The notes beneath the pieces are model-generated. The model was not told the DNA's origin and did no database searches. It saw only the letters and a program-made list of their open reading frames with translations. A stretch of 64,000 nt of DNA from a virus (Duplodnaviria > Heunggongvirae > Uroviricota > Caudoviricetes), in the IMG/VR virus record IMGVR_UViG_3300021387_000463, positions 331,001 through 395,000 of that record; one strand, given 5' to 3'. The position numbers were made by a program, and so were the translations under genes. Of this stretch, positions 46,850 to 56,893 are shown one piece after another. Numbering within the stretch: the first letter of the stretch is position 1; each line of letters begins with the position of its first letter.

Positions 46850-48097
46850 ATGAAGCAAGATTTTCAGAAAATGCCAACAAATGTTTCCAAGAAAGTGATT
46901 CTTGGTGTGGTCGCTATTGTTCTTTTAGTCGTAGGCATATATGCCTCTAGTTCAGCGTTTGAGGACTGTGACCGTTCAGAGATTTACGTGAATCAGTTCC
47001 CCCTCACAGGTGAGTTCGCTGTGTGGACTGATGGTGGCGTGCATGGACAGTGGTGGGGTACTATCCACGAGTATCATAAGACAACTCAAGTTGAGTTCAC
47101 TGGTGTTGAGAAGAACGATGAGGGTTATGTGGCAAGTGGTAGCAATCCTGGTGCTGCTGTAACCTTTAATGATAGAGGTCGTGGCTATATCATCGGTTCG
47201 CTCCGTGTTGTTCTTCCTACAGACGAGAAACACATGACACGTATTCAGACTGACTTCGGTTCTGAGGAGTCGTTGATTGCGACACTGATTAAACCTACAC
47301 TGTATAAGGTAGTTACCTCATGTGGACCGCTGATGTCATCACTTGAGTCTGTGTCTGAGACACGTACCGACTTGATTCAGTATATTACTGACCAACTGAA
47401 TAACGGTGTATACAAGACCAAGAGTACCAAGACTGAGATTACCAATGAGCTGACTGGCGAACCAGAGGTTATTACAAAGGCTGAGATTATCTTTGATGCC
47501 AAAGCTCCAGGAGGTTATAAGCGTCAGGAGCTTTCACCTTTCTCACAGTACGGTATCACTTGTAACCTCGTATCAATTACTGACATCAAGTATGATAAGG
47601 CTACTCAAGACCAGATTGATGCGCAGAAGCAAGCTAACCTTGCAGTCGTAACCGCTAAGACCAAATCTCTTGAGGCTATTCAGAAGACAGTCTTGATTAC
47701 TGAGCAAGGTAAGGCAGAGGCTGAGAAAGCTAAGTGGGAGCAAGAGAAGATTAAGGCAGTCGAGGTGACTAAGGCACAGCAAGAGTTTGAGGTTGCTAAG
47801 TTGGCTGCTGAGACAGCACAGCAAGAGGCACTTCGTATCAAGGCAGAGGGTGAGGCAGAAGCCGCAGCAGCCGCAGCAAAGGTACGTGCAGGTCTTACTC
47901 CAGAACGTGCTGCTGAGATTAAGAAAGAGACCCTTATCGGTATCGCACATGAGTTTGCAAACGCAAATGTTGACCTCGTTCCTAAGATTATTGTTGGTAA
48001 TAGTGGTAACGGTGGTTCTGACCCCATGCAGACTGTCGGACTCAACATGCTTATGCAAGTGCTTGACCGCATGAATAAGATGGAGTGGAGCAAGTAG
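46850..48097 (+). CDS. SPFH/band-7 (prohibitin/flotillin-like) membrane protein
   Basis: N-terminal TM helix, band-7-like core (YGIT..SITDIKYD), long AEA-rich coiled coil, VPKIIVG. Confidence 0.75.
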   Translation: MKQDFQKMPTNVSKKVILGVVAIVLLVVGIYASSSAFEDCDRSEIYVNQFPLTGEFAVWTDGGVHGQWWGTIHEYHKTTQVEFTGVEKNDEGYVASGSNPGAAVTFNDRGRGYIIGSLRVVLPTDEKHMTRIQTDFGSEESLIATLIKPTLYKVVTSCGPLMSSLESVSETRTDLIQYITDQLNNGVYKTKSTKTEITNELTGEPEVITKAEIIFDAKAPGGYKRQELSPFSQYGITCNLVSITDIKYDKATQDQIDAQKQANLAVVTAKTKSLEAIQKTVLITEQGKAEAEKAKWEQEKIKAVEVTKAQQEFEVAKLAAETAQQEALRIKAEGEAEAAAAAAKVRAGLTPERAAEIKKETLIGIAHEFANANVDLVPKIIVGNSGNGGSDPMQTVGLNMLMQVLDRMNKMEWSK

Positions 48098-48140
48098 TCT
48101 TTACCTCTTAAATAAATCACAAGTGTGTTTAAGACAAAAT

Positions 48141-48172
48141 AAAAGGGTAGGAATCCAATCCTACCCTTTCTT
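48141..48172. terminator. bidirectional terminator
   Basis: AAAGGGTAGGA..TCCTACCCTTT. Confidence 0.75.
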
Positions 48173-48173
48173 A

Positions 48174-49643
48174 TTATGCGTATTTATTATTTAAATCATC
48201 CACGATGTCAAAAGAAAGAACGTCATGATGAATAATGCTATTCATACCGTAAGTGATTCTAACGTCAACGTAATATCTCTGAGGTATGAGAATACTCGTA
48301 TCTAAGATATAGAAATTCTCTGAGAATGCCTTATTGATGCTGTCCCATTCGATTACATCTATTTCTCTAGTCCCATCCCTAACGTAAAGTCTAATATCAA
48401 TGTTATCAACCAATTGTGTGGTATTTATTGTATAGTTAGGTTTTGCTGAGATAATCATCTTTCTTATATCACCACGTTTAATCTGTTCTTTTTCCTTTAT
48501 ACCAGTTATAGAAGGTGTGAAGGTTGTATTGGTCACACTTAAGGAGTTTCCTATGTTGAAGAAGTTAGGTGTGTCCTTAAGCACGAAATCAAGTTCTACA
48601 TCGTCCAATTTTGTTCCTTGGTAGGAGATATTACTCCAAGTGTCATAAAGCATCGTATCAGCCTCAAAATCGCCCTTAGAGAGCTTCAAATTAACATAAT
48701 AGACACCTCTAGTATGCTTTTGTGATTCAAGTTCCATGATAACCTCATCATCACCATTCTTAATTGTGACTGTAGGATTGTTATCTAGGTCTTGCAAGGT
48801 GTCACCAATCGTACAATATAGATAAAGCTTGTTATTCTTATTTAGAACGAAATTAGACCTATCATCAAGTATCACATCAGAGTATCTTGTCTCTACGAAT
48901 GGCTCAAAGAATGTATTGGTCTTATCTGTAAGGAAACCGATGTAGTTCTCATATTCACTGTCTGAAACCTCAAGCAGTGGAGAATATGCCATTGCAATAC
49001 CATAGTTCTCAAGTTCACCAGTTAGGAACTTATTAAAGGTGTCTGTAATGTCTATGCTGATATTCTCATTACCAACATCGAAATGTTGTCTGCATATAAT
49101 TATTGAATCCTCATTGGCAGAGAATTTGTCATATTCCTTTGAAAGTGTATCGTTTGTATAGATACCTTCCTCATCCCAAGGTAATCCGTTCATTCTCTGG
49201 AACCAATTGCTACCATCTGTAGAAATCAATCTGTTAGGGTCAACTACAGTTCTTGAATAGAAGTCGGCATTGAAATAGCTTCTTGAGTAATCGAATCCCT
49301 TTCCTCTATCCCAAGGCTTTGGTATCAAGAAGAATATGATGTCAAATGAAGTTGCACGTATTTTCTTATTGTCATTAATAGAGCTAGTTTCCTTTTGGTG
49401 TAACTGTGTGAAGTCAATTGAACCAGCGTTGGTTATGTGCAATACATGCTTCATCTTTGACATATTAGGCATAATACCGTCATCCATGAGCTTCTTAACT
49501 TGAGTGTGGTCAAAGTATAATAAAGCCCTAGACACGATGTTATCATGTCCATAAACAAGCTCAGATATTGGATTAATACCAGTGTTTAGCTTACTATTGC
49601 TTATAATGGTATTAAACTTTGATATGTATGTTTTATAAACCAT
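48174..49643 (-). CDS. putative virion structural protein
   Basis: 489 aa beta-rich (SRALLYFD, WDRGKG, ISIDIT, FFEPFVE), downstream of gp15-like gene. Confidence 0.6.
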   Translation of the reverse strand: MVYKTYISKFNTIISNSKLNTGINPISELVYGHDNIVSRALLYFDHTQVKKLMDDGIMPNMSKMKHVLHITNAGSIDFTQLHQKETSSINDNKKIRATSFDIIFFLIPKPWDRGKGFDYSRSYFNADFYSRTVVDPNRLISTDGSNWFQRMNGLPWDEEGIYTNDTLSKEYDKFSANEDSIIICRQHFDVGNENISIDITDTFNKFLTGELENYGIAMAYSPLLEVSDSEYENYIGFLTDKTNTFFEPFVETRYSDVILDDRSNFVLNKNNKLYLYCTIGDTLQDLDNNPTVTIKNGDDEVIMELESQKHTRGVYYVNLKLSKGDFEADTMLYDTWSNISYQGTKLDDVELDFVLKDTPNFFNIGNSLSVTNTTFTPSITGIKEKEQIKRGDIRKMIISAKPNYTINTTQLVDNIDIRLYVRDGTREIDVIEWDSINKAFSENFYILDTSILIPQRYYVDVRITYGMNSIIHHDVLSFDIVDDLNNKYA

Positions 49644-49648
49644 TTTAT

Positions 49649-50971
49649 TTAATTTTCGTCATAATTTATCATTATATCTTCCTCATCAATTGGTTCATCC
49701 AAAGATGACTCTGCGATATTTGTCTTGTCAAATGTAACATTAGGGTCATAACCAATCAAATATAGTTCTGATTCAGCATGAAGGTCATCTCTAGTGATTC
49801 TAACTGTTATTTTATCATCCTTGTAGAATTTGACATCACTGTCTAAATTCATAAGTTCATCATTGACAAGAAGCTTGAAGTCATATACATTGCTTGTTTC
49901 GATTGTCTCAAGTACCATATCCTTATCGATTACGAATGACAATTCAGTTGTGCAGCCATCGAATTTCATCATTACCTTCATAATTTTGTGATAGTACTTA
50001 TCTGTTTTCTCACAGCAGTTATCACTATCATCCAAAATCTCAAGTATGATATTAGGCTTATCCTTATCATCGATTGGAATTACCTCGCAATGGTCATCTT
50101 TAGCCAATGTTTCAGCCTTAATTCTCTCGTATGCCTCTGGGTTGTCATCGAATCCTTCCATGAATACTACCTTCTCATCCTCTCTTCTGTTTCTACCCTT
50201 TCTAGTGACAATACCGCTTGCATCTGAATCATGAGAAGATATTACAAATCTTGAAGGTATTCTCTCAACGCTATAGTCTTCCTTACGGATTATATAACCT
50301 CTAACCTTAATCTTGAACGTCTGTGAATAATATTTACGGTCATTAATCGTATATTCTGATTCATCAGATATATCATCAAGGGTCATTGACATTGGATGGT
50401 CGTTAGGTGAAAGATAACAGTTAATAGCACTGAATTCGTATTGCATTAACTCATTCATCTTATTGACAATCTCCATTTTATTTGATATGATTGCAACTGA
50501 ATAAAGGAAGTTAACAGCAAATGGCTGTTTCATTGTATATTTGTCATATGCCTCAGTACCATTCTCTTGTAATACTGGAACATAGAACATTGCGAAGTCC
50601 TTATGACCTGGAATATTGAAGTAATTTCCTTGACTCTCACCCTTCTGTGGATTAAGCTCACGTGTCACGGTCTTGAAGTTGATGATTGGGTTACCAGTGT
50701 CATCTTGCTTATCCCATGTCTGTAAGTATTCACTTAATCTCTGTGTGCTATACAATTTATACGTTGGCAGTCTCTTACCGTCATAAGTGATTCTAATGCG
50801 CTCATCAACCCATTTGTACATAGCCTCATCTATGTCTGAGTATTCAATTGGTTTTGGTAATGGCGTACCGTTTTCCAATATCATCTTAGACATGTTTCTA
50901 CGTCTTTCAATGCCATAGGCATGATGACGCAGCTTGAGCTTATCCATATATGGTTTTGGTTGTATTAACAT
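49649..50971 (-). CDS. tail terminator / sheath stabilizer (T4 gp15-like)
   Basis: DIDEAMYKWV..QTW..P.AVNFLYSVAI..NKMNE..ISDES..RKYYSQTFKIKVRGYI. Confidence 0.6.
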   Translation of the reverse strand: MLIQPKPYMDKLKLRHHAYGIERRRNMSKMILENGTPLPKPIEYSDIDEAMYKWVDERIRITYDGKRLPTYKLYSTQRLSEYLQTWDKQDDTGNPIINFKTVTRELNPQKGESQGNYFNIPGHKDFAMFYVPVLQENGTEAYDKYTMKQPFAVNFLYSVAIISNKMEIVNKMNELMQYEFSAINCYLSPNDHPMSMTLDDISDESEYTINDRKYYSQTFKIKVRGYIIRKEDYSVERIPSRFVISSHDSDASGIVTRKGRNRREDEKVVFMEGFDDNPEAYERIKAETLAKDDHCEVIPIDDKDKPNIILEILDDSDNCCEKTDKYYHKIMKVMMKFDGCTTELSFVIDKDMVLETIETSNVYDFKLLVNDELMNLDSDVKFYKDDKITVRITRDDLHAESELYLIGYDPNVTFDKTNIAESSLDEPIDEEDIMINYDEN

Positions 50972-50987
50972 ATGTTATTATTTTATT

Positions 50988-51018
50988 TATAAATATTTGA
51001 TTGATACTAATATTTATA
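50988..51018. promoter_or_regulatory. divergent pair of putative late promoters
   Basis: TATAAATAT (50988-50996, minus) and ATATTTATA (51010-51018, plus) between divergent genes. Confidence 0.55.
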
Positions 51019-51039
51019 GGAAATAATGAATTAAGAAAT

Positions 51040-51426
51040 ATGCAGTATTTTTACATAAAACAAGGTAGTACACTACCAACACTAAGAATGGAACTAATTG
51101 AAGATGGAAGACATGATTTCCATAAGTTTCATGAATGCATTCAAGCTGCTGACATTACATTTACAATGGTGAACATCGACACCAATGTAACAAAGGTGGC
51201 TAAGAACAAGGCTTACATAAAGTTACGTGAAAATGATGATTGCACGGAACAATACGTCATATGCTATGATTGGAAAGCGCATGACACCAAGGAAGCTGGT
51301 TCTTATAAGGGGACTTTTGAAATTACATTTAATGGAAACATTAAGAATGATTCATACACATACCCAAGTGGTATATTGAATATGCCAATAAGAGAGGAGT
51401 TATTAATTACGATTTTGCCAAAATAA
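51040..51426 (+). CDS. BppU-N/Ig-like virion protein
   Basis: FYIKQGSTLPTLRMEL..YDW..DT.EAGSYKGTFEITF..P. Confidence 0.6.
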   Translation: MQYFYIKQGSTLPTLRMELIEDGRHDFHKFHECIQAADITFTMVNIDTNVTKVAKNKAYIKLRENDDCTEQYVICYDWKAHDTKEAGSYKGTFEITFNGNIKNDSYTYPSGILNMPIREELLITILPK

Positions 51427-51437
51427 AAGGAGAGAAC

Positions 51438-51704
51438 CTATTTCCCTCCTTTTTCTTTTAATATTTCATCAAATTTTTTCTTTTCTTCATCGGTGCATAA
51501 ATCATAAAATTTTTGATAGTTTATTTGCAAATCATAATTCTTATCATCCACATCCTTTAATTTATGGAACATACCGCCATAAAGAGCAGAGAATTGATAA
51601 TAACCTTTTTTGGTGATTCCTTTTACTATTCCAATGTCGCTATTTTCAAAACTATTTTTTCTATTGATTATATAATCACCTTTTGCAAATTTTGACTCAA
51701 TCAT
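51438..51704 (-). CDS. hypothetical protein
   Basis: 88 aa, KFAKGDYI. Confidence 0.65.
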   Translation of the reverse strand: MIESKFAKGDYIINRKNSFENSDIGIVKGITKKGYYQFSALYGGMFHKLKDVDDKNYDLQINYQKFYDLCTDEEKKKFDEILKEKGGK

Positions 51705-51705
51705 A

Positions 51706-52101
51706 TTAATTTAACATTAGTACATTCTTTATTGCTAGTTTGCGTTCCACTTCATCAAGTGTCTCACCAAACCTAAAAAACAATCTTCCATCTTCTGGGT
51801 ATTCTGAGTATGAATCAGTGTTTTCCCATGCTAGAGCAATTATTCCATCTGTGCAATCTTGGAAGCCAAAACAGCAGTTATTTTGTATAAGGTCTAATTT
51901 AATTTTCATTTTAACGATATGAATCTCATATACATATTCTTCATTTGGTTGTAAGCCATTAACAAGACACGCTGGTTTGTATTCAAAATTTTCTCCCCAG
52001 AATTCATCAATGTTGTTGGTGAATATAAATTCATATCTATAGTAGCCATCAGTCTCTTCCCCAATTAGTCTAATAAATCCTAGTTTTACTTCTTCTTCCA
52101 T
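51706..52101 (-). CDS. hypothetical protein
   Basis: Start moved to MEEEVKLG; FGFQDCTDGIIALAWE..RLFFRFGE. Confidence 0.7.
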   Translation of the reverse strand: MEEEVKLGFIRLIGEETDGYYRYEFIFTNNIDEFWGENFEYKPACLVNGLQPNEEYVYEIHIVKMKIKLDLIQNNCCFGFQDCTDGIIALAWENTDSYSEYPEDGRLFFRFGETLDEVERKLAIKNVLMLN

Positions 52102-52114
52102 AACAATTAATGGT

Positions 52115-52258
52115 TTATTGCTTATTATTTTCTCTTCTTTTAGTGGCATCACGAAACATGGACTTATAGCCCTCATAGTCCCTAGGTAATGTATCTATCT
52201 CCCATAAACTTAGAAGACCCTTGATGCCATTGTTGTAAATTCCTTTATCAATAGACAT
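52115..52258 (-). CDS. small hypothetical protein (47 aa)
   Basis: Hand-found MSIDKGIYNNGIKGLLSLWEID..., 1 nt after helicase stop. Confidence 0.5.
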   Translation of the reverse strand: MSIDKGIYNNGIKGLLSLWEIDTLPRDYEGYKSMFRDATKRRENNKQ

Positions 52259-52259
52259 G

Positions 52260-54221
52260 TTATTTGTTGTTTTCGCTGACAATGATATTGTCGATTATTT
52301 CTTGTTTTCCCCTAACTTTATCAAACATTTCCTTATAAAAAGTATCAGCAAATACTTGATAATAAATAGTTACGTCATTTTTTTGATTCAATCTGTGAAT
52401 TCTGTCCTCTGCTTGTAGGTTATCACCACTAACCCAACTGAAGCTGTTGAAGATTGCCACACGAGAAGCAACAAGTGTAAGTCCAACTCCAGCGGATTGT
52501 ATATTTCCTATAAATACTTTCACATTTGGGTTATTCTGGAATTCTTCAACCGATTTATCTTTCTTTTTTATGGTCATCTTACCATTATGAACAACACAGA
52601 TGTCCTTAAATGCCTCCTTAATGGCATTAAGTTCCTCATCAAATGAGCAGAAGATAACAACCTTATGTCCCAAGTTAATACATTTTCTTGCAAGACTGAT
52701 GGTTTTACTTGTCATAGAGTTAGCAAGCCACTGACGCATTATAATGCCCTCAGTAATCTTCTTATATTTCTCCATGTCCTCCTTATTTTTACCATCCTTC
52801 GCTTGAATATACTCATCCCAGACTCTTTCATAACTCTCTCTTTCCTTTTCAGTTAACTTATAATTCAAAACCTTAACAGTTTTCTTAACAATCTTACCAA
52901 AGTCGCTCTTCAACCTTCTAATGTAATAAGGCTTTATGATTTCTTGCAACTCATCTAGGTTTGAAGAACCGTCTGTTACCCATATCTTCTTCAATCTCTT
53001 CTCAAGAACCTTATCCAATTCCTCTTTCTCATCAGAAGTTAAGTCATACCATGTTTTCTTATCCCTCTCCTTACAGAATAGATACGTAATGGCATCACGC
53101 TCTTTCTTATTGTAGAAGCTCTTTCCATCACAATACCTCTCAACGTAGTATTTCCAATCGTCTGCAAGAGGACAACCGATAATCTTAAGGATATTGAAGA
53201 AGTTGATTGGCCGATTGGTGATTGGAGTACCAGTTATGGCGTATATACCCTTTGGGTTGCTTCTTTTAACCAAGTCAGACACAATCTTGAATATGCCACT
53301 AGTGGTATTAGACAATCTGTGTGCCTCATCAATTATCACCAAGTCGAAGTTTGATTGGAATAGTTGGCTGTTATCCATAGCTTCCTTGATAACCTTGTGC
53401 TTTCGAGATATTTTTTCTTTCTCCTTAGTCACCTTAGTAAGTTTTCCATCCTCATACTCAAGTGTGGTGGATTTAACAGTCTCAGTTGGTATCTCATAGA
53501 AGTTCTTCAATATATCATAGTTGATAATGGTAAATTTGTTCTCCTTCCACTTGCTACCTTCCACAATGGTTATCTCATCCTCAGATACGAGATTTTTCAA
53601 TTCCTTGAACCATGTCAACTTAACTGAAGCTGGAGAAATAATCAATACCTTCTCGTATTTGTCTTCAAGAGCTGCCACAATTGCAGCTAGGGTCTTACCA
53701 CTACCCATTTCGCTTGCGAGAATGCCCTTTTTACGGCTTGTGAGGAACTTTACAGCCTCTTCTTGGTAAGGATAAAGGTTGAATCCAATTCGCTCGTTGT
53801 AGGCGCTAAAATCTATTAATTTATTCTCCCAAGGCTCACTCAAGAAATCAGTCAATATTGCTTTCTTTGGGGTAAATAACTCCACAGCTTTTTCTTGTGA
53901 CCTCCTATAGATTGCATAGAAGTGGTACAAGTTATCCATTTCTCCCAAGAACCATGTTATCTTAAGCACCTTTGGTACGAAATCAAGATTCAAGTTGCTG
54001 TGCAATGATTCGCCATACCAATCAGCAATCTTGACAATCTTGTTTATCTTCTTTGGCTCTCTATCACAATTTGACAAAACATATTCTGCCTCAAAATCAT
54101 TCAATGTTCTCGTCTGGTAGGCGATTACAGTGTTCTTGAGTTTAATTATATAAGAATTATTACCTTTATAACTCTTAAGTAATTCATATGCCTTTTCAAT
54201 TTTTGCTAGAGATAATGCCAT
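52260..54221 (-). CDS. SNF2-family (SF2) helicase/translocase
   Basis: LYPYQ, LASEMGSGKT, IIDEAH, TGTPITNRP, RRLK, GVGLTL, QAEDRIHRLNQ. Confidence 0.9.
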   Translation of the reverse strand: MALSLAKIEKAYELLKSYKGNNSYIIKLKNTVIAYQTRTLNDFEAEYVLSNCDREPKKINKIVKIADWYGESLHSNLNLDFVPKVLKITWFLGEMDNLYHFYAIYRRSQEKAVELFTPKKAILTDFLSEPWENKLIDFSAYNERIGFNLYPYQEEAVKFLTSRKKGILASEMGSGKTLAAIVAALEDKYEKVLIISPASVKLTWFKELKNLVSEDEITIVEGSKWKENKFTIINYDILKNFYEIPTETVKSTTLEYEDGKLTKVTKEKEKISRKHKVIKEAMDNSQLFQSNFDLVIIDEAHRLSNTTSGIFKIVSDLVKRSNPKGIYAITGTPITNRPINFFNILKIIGCPLADDWKYYVERYCDGKSFYNKKERDAITYLFCKERDKKTWYDLTSDEKEELDKVLEKRLKKIWVTDGSSNLDELQEIIKPYYIRRLKSDFGKIVKKTVKVLNYKLTEKERESYERVWDEYIQAKDGKNKEDMEKYKKITEGIIMRQWLANSMTSKTISLARKCINLGHKVVIFCSFDEELNAIKEAFKDICVVHNGKMTIKKKDKSVEEFQNNPNVKVFIGNIQSAGVGLTLVASRVAIFNSFSWVSGDNLQAEDRIHRLNQKNDVTIYYQVFADTFYKEMFDKVRGKQEIIDNIIVSENNK

Positions 54222-54296
54222 ATTTTTATATTTTATCTTTGATAAAATATAAAAATATTTTTGAAAAAATCAAGTGCTTTAAATGAAAAAATGTAA

Positions 54297-54305
54297 ATAT
54301 TTATA
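54297..54305 (+). promoter_or_regulatory. putative late promoter ATATTTATA
   Basis: About 20 nt upstream of ATG 54326. Confidence 0.55.
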
Positions 54306-54325
54306 AGAAATATTGATATTTAACG

Positions 54326-55075
54326 ATGAAATTAATTAAAATAAACGAATCTCAGCAAAAAAGACTGTTCGAAGCGTATCAAGAGGGATTTTCGTTTGAC
54401 CATTTATCCATATTAGGTAACGATGCTTTTTCTGATGAGGAATCTAGCAGCAAACTACAGTTCGAATATTGTAGGAAGTGGCTAGGAGAACCAGTTGCGC
54501 AAGGTTCTTCTAGATGTATCTTTATGTTGAGTGACAATCTTGTTTTGAAGATTGCAAATGGCAAGTATGAAGCTGGCAAGGCTCAGAATCGTCTTGAGTG
54601 TCAACTATATGAGGAAACAAAATCACCATTGTTGGTTAGAATATTCGGAAACGATGATAATTATACGTATATAATCTGTGAAAATGTAATTCCAGCACAG
54701 CCAATAGACTTTGAAAAGATTATCGACATACCATTCTATAATAGGTACTATAACCAGAGGAATTCTGAATACAGTCAATATTTCGAGAATCCAAGGGCTA
54801 ATTATGAGAAAGTACCATATGATGTGTATGACATAGTATGCTATCTTGAGGCCAACTATTCCGTTGGAGAAGGATATTACAGCAAGGATATAGAAATGTA
54901 TCTTAGAAAGAATCCTTGGTTGAAGAAGCTTGAGGAATTTATAATGAACACACAGATTGGCGATTTAACTAAACCTGAGAATTACGGAGTTGTAAATAGA
55001 GACGGAAATCCAATGATTGTGGTTCTTGACGCAGGAATGAATTTAGAAAATTGGGAGGGATATTATCGTGGCTAA
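54326..55075 (+). CDS. protein kinase-like protein with MKLIKINESQQKRLFE leader
   Basis: AQGSSRCIF (Gly loop), LVLKIA, QNRLE, GDLTKPENYG (catalytic loop), VLDAG. Confidence 0.7.
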   Translation: MKLIKINESQQKRLFEAYQEGFSFDHLSILGNDAFSDEESSSKLQFEYCRKWLGEPVAQGSSRCIFMLSDNLVLKIANGKYEAGKAQNRLECQLYEETKSPLLVRIFGNDDNYTYIICENVIPAQPIDFEKIIDIPFYNRYYNQRNSEYSQYFENPRANYEKVPYDVYDIVCYLEANYSVGEGYYSKDIEMYLRKNPWLKKLEEFIMNTQIGDLTKPENYGVVNRDGNPMIVVLDAGMNLENWEGYYRG

Positions 55076-55610
55076 TTTAAAGTTTAATACAAATAACATA
55101 AGACGTGTTCCGATTAACAGAAACAGTCTATTCTACGATGCAGAAACATTTGCATTGGAGAGGGAGATAGGTAAGGACTATATCGAGCAAGATATTGGTC
55201 AAACTGTCGTATTATATCAAGTTGATGCATCACAAACACAGACTGATGCAGTATATGGTGAGTCATCTTCAGATGAGGTTGCATTCAAGACACCAGTTGA
55301 AATACCATGTACATATAAGATTGAGGAACCAGAGTTGAAGTCATATGACAAGTCAAAGCAACTTGGTACTTATATGAAGACTGGTAAGCTCACCATTGGT
55401 GTATACCAAGAGACTCTTGTTGAACTTAACGTTGATATTAAGAAGGGTGATTATATTGGTGTGCAAATATCTCCAGAACACATGGAGTTCTTCGTAGTCA
55501 ATAATGACGGTAAGAACAACTATGATAATGCTCATTCACTATGGGGTACTGTTCCATTGTATAGAACAATACAATGTTCTCCAGTTGATACTAGTGAGTT
55601 TAAGGCTTGA
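55068..55610 (+). CDS. head closure / neck protein (gp14-like)
   Basis: YIEQDIGQTVVLYQVD..DAVYGES..FKTPVEIPC..DIKKGDYI; GTG start. Confidence 0.6.
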   Translation: MANLKFNTNNIRRVPINRNSLFYDAETFALEREIGKDYIEQDIGQTVVLYQVDASQTQTDAVYGESSSDEVAFKTPVEIPCTYKIEEPELKSYDKSKQLGTYMKTGKLTIGVYQETLVELNVDIKKGDYIGVQISPEHMEFFVVNNDGKNNYDNAHSLWGTVPLYRTIQCSPVDTSEFKA

Positions 55611-55617
55611 AAGAAAG

Positions 55618-55653
55618 AATGGAGACAGAACAAATCTGTCTCCATTTCTTTTT
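55618..55653. terminator. bidirectional terminator
   Basis: AATGGAGACAGA..TCTGTCTCCATT. Confidence 0.75.
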
Positions 55654-55654
55654 A

Positions 55655-56869
55655 TTATTTCTTAGCTAATTGTTTATATAGTTCAACCCTTTGTTTGCAA
55701 ATTGTATCAAGTGAATATCTATCCTTTACGAAGTTATACAAGTTGTCTTGAAGCTTCTTAAGCATATCTCTATCATTAGCAAGCTTGTTGATGTACTTAG
55801 CCCAATCCTTATGATTCTTTCTTGAATCAACTAGAAGTGCAGTACCTTCCTCATTAATCTTACCACCCTTTTCAATCATTGGAATCAAGTTAATGGTATA
55901 TGCACCAAAGTTCTGTGCGATAAACGCTGTATGCGTGAATCCACACTCGATTTCCTTCAACTCAGACTTAACACTATTGAATTCGTTTTCCTTCAATGGT
56001 GCTATAAGTACATCTACATTTTGATAGTGTGTAGCATAGTTATTTATGTCCCTAGTCCACATTCTACGATATGGCTCATTTGTAAATGGGTCATCTGTGT
56101 TTGCAATGTACTTCATAAGGAATTCTTTATGCTCAGGAGAAACATTTTTATAATCATCAGTGAAAATCTTCTCATAATCACACCATACACTCTCATGTGG
56201 TAGAATTGGGCGAGTTGTCTTCTCACCAGTTTCTTGATTATAGATTGTTCTGTTTCCTCTTGTATCGAAACCACAAAGTACAAACTGCACCTTATCCTTA
56301 TCAATCTGCTTTGCAATACCATCCAATAGTTGCAAATCCTTCAAGTGTGAAGAACCACAGATGATGCCAACTCTAAGTCTTCCGTCACCTTCAATCTTTG
56401 GAACTGCATACTGTTTTTCCTCTGGATTGATTGCATTTGGGAACACAGCCACATTCTTGTTATATTTCTTCAAAACATTTGCGAAGATAGGCGTGGTGGT
56501 TGTAACATAATCAGCTTTCTTAAGGTGATTGATGATTGGCTCATGCCACTTTTCCTTCTTTGCAGTCAATGACATTGGATGGTCATCACCAAGTTTAAAG
56601 TGGTCATCCACGTCAATGATTACTGGAATACCCAAGAACTTAATCATGTCGATAATCTTGCATTGCTTATCAAGCTGCTTGTGTATATGAATCAAGTCAT
56701 ATTGTTTCAAAAAAGCCTCAAGGTCTCCGTTAGGCATGCTATAAACAATATCTACATCAAATTCATCACCATAATGCTCTTGAATGTATAGATGTGGGTC
56801 TACTGAACGGAACTTACCGACACCAGTTCTATCACTAGGTATCACTAACATTTTAATTTTCTTATCCAT
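55655..56869 (-). CDS. glycosyltransferase (GT-B)
   Basis: GVGKFRSVDP, IIDVDD, ADYVTTTT..PNAI, GSSHLKDL, IAPLKENEFNSVKSELK. Confidence 0.85.
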   Translation of the reverse strand: MDKKIKMLVIPSDRTGVGKFRSVDPHLYIQEHYGDEFDVDIVYSMPNGDLEAFLKQYDLIHIHKQLDKQCKIIDMIKFLGIPVIIDVDDHFKLGDDHPMSLTAKKEKWHEPIINHLKKADYVTTTTPIFANVLKKYNKNVAVFPNAINPEEKQYAVPKIEGDGRLRVGIICGSSHLKDLQLLDGIAKQIDKDKVQFVLCGFDTRGNRTIYNQETGEKTTRPILPHESVWCDYEKIFTDDYKNVSPEHKEFLMKYIANTDDPFTNEPYRRMWTRDINNYATHYQNVDVLIAPLKENEFNSVKSELKEIECGFTHTAFIAQNFGAYTINLIPMIEKGGKINEEGTALLVDSRKNHKDWAKYINKLANDRDMLKKLQDNLYNFVKDRYSLDTICKQRVELYKQLAKK

Positions 56870-56893
56870 ATTTTAATATATTAAAACAATTTA

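Noticed and set aside
47573-48120. Two long antisense ORFs inside the SPFH gene
   Set aside because: Explained by biased codons in the Ala/Glu/Lys coiled coil
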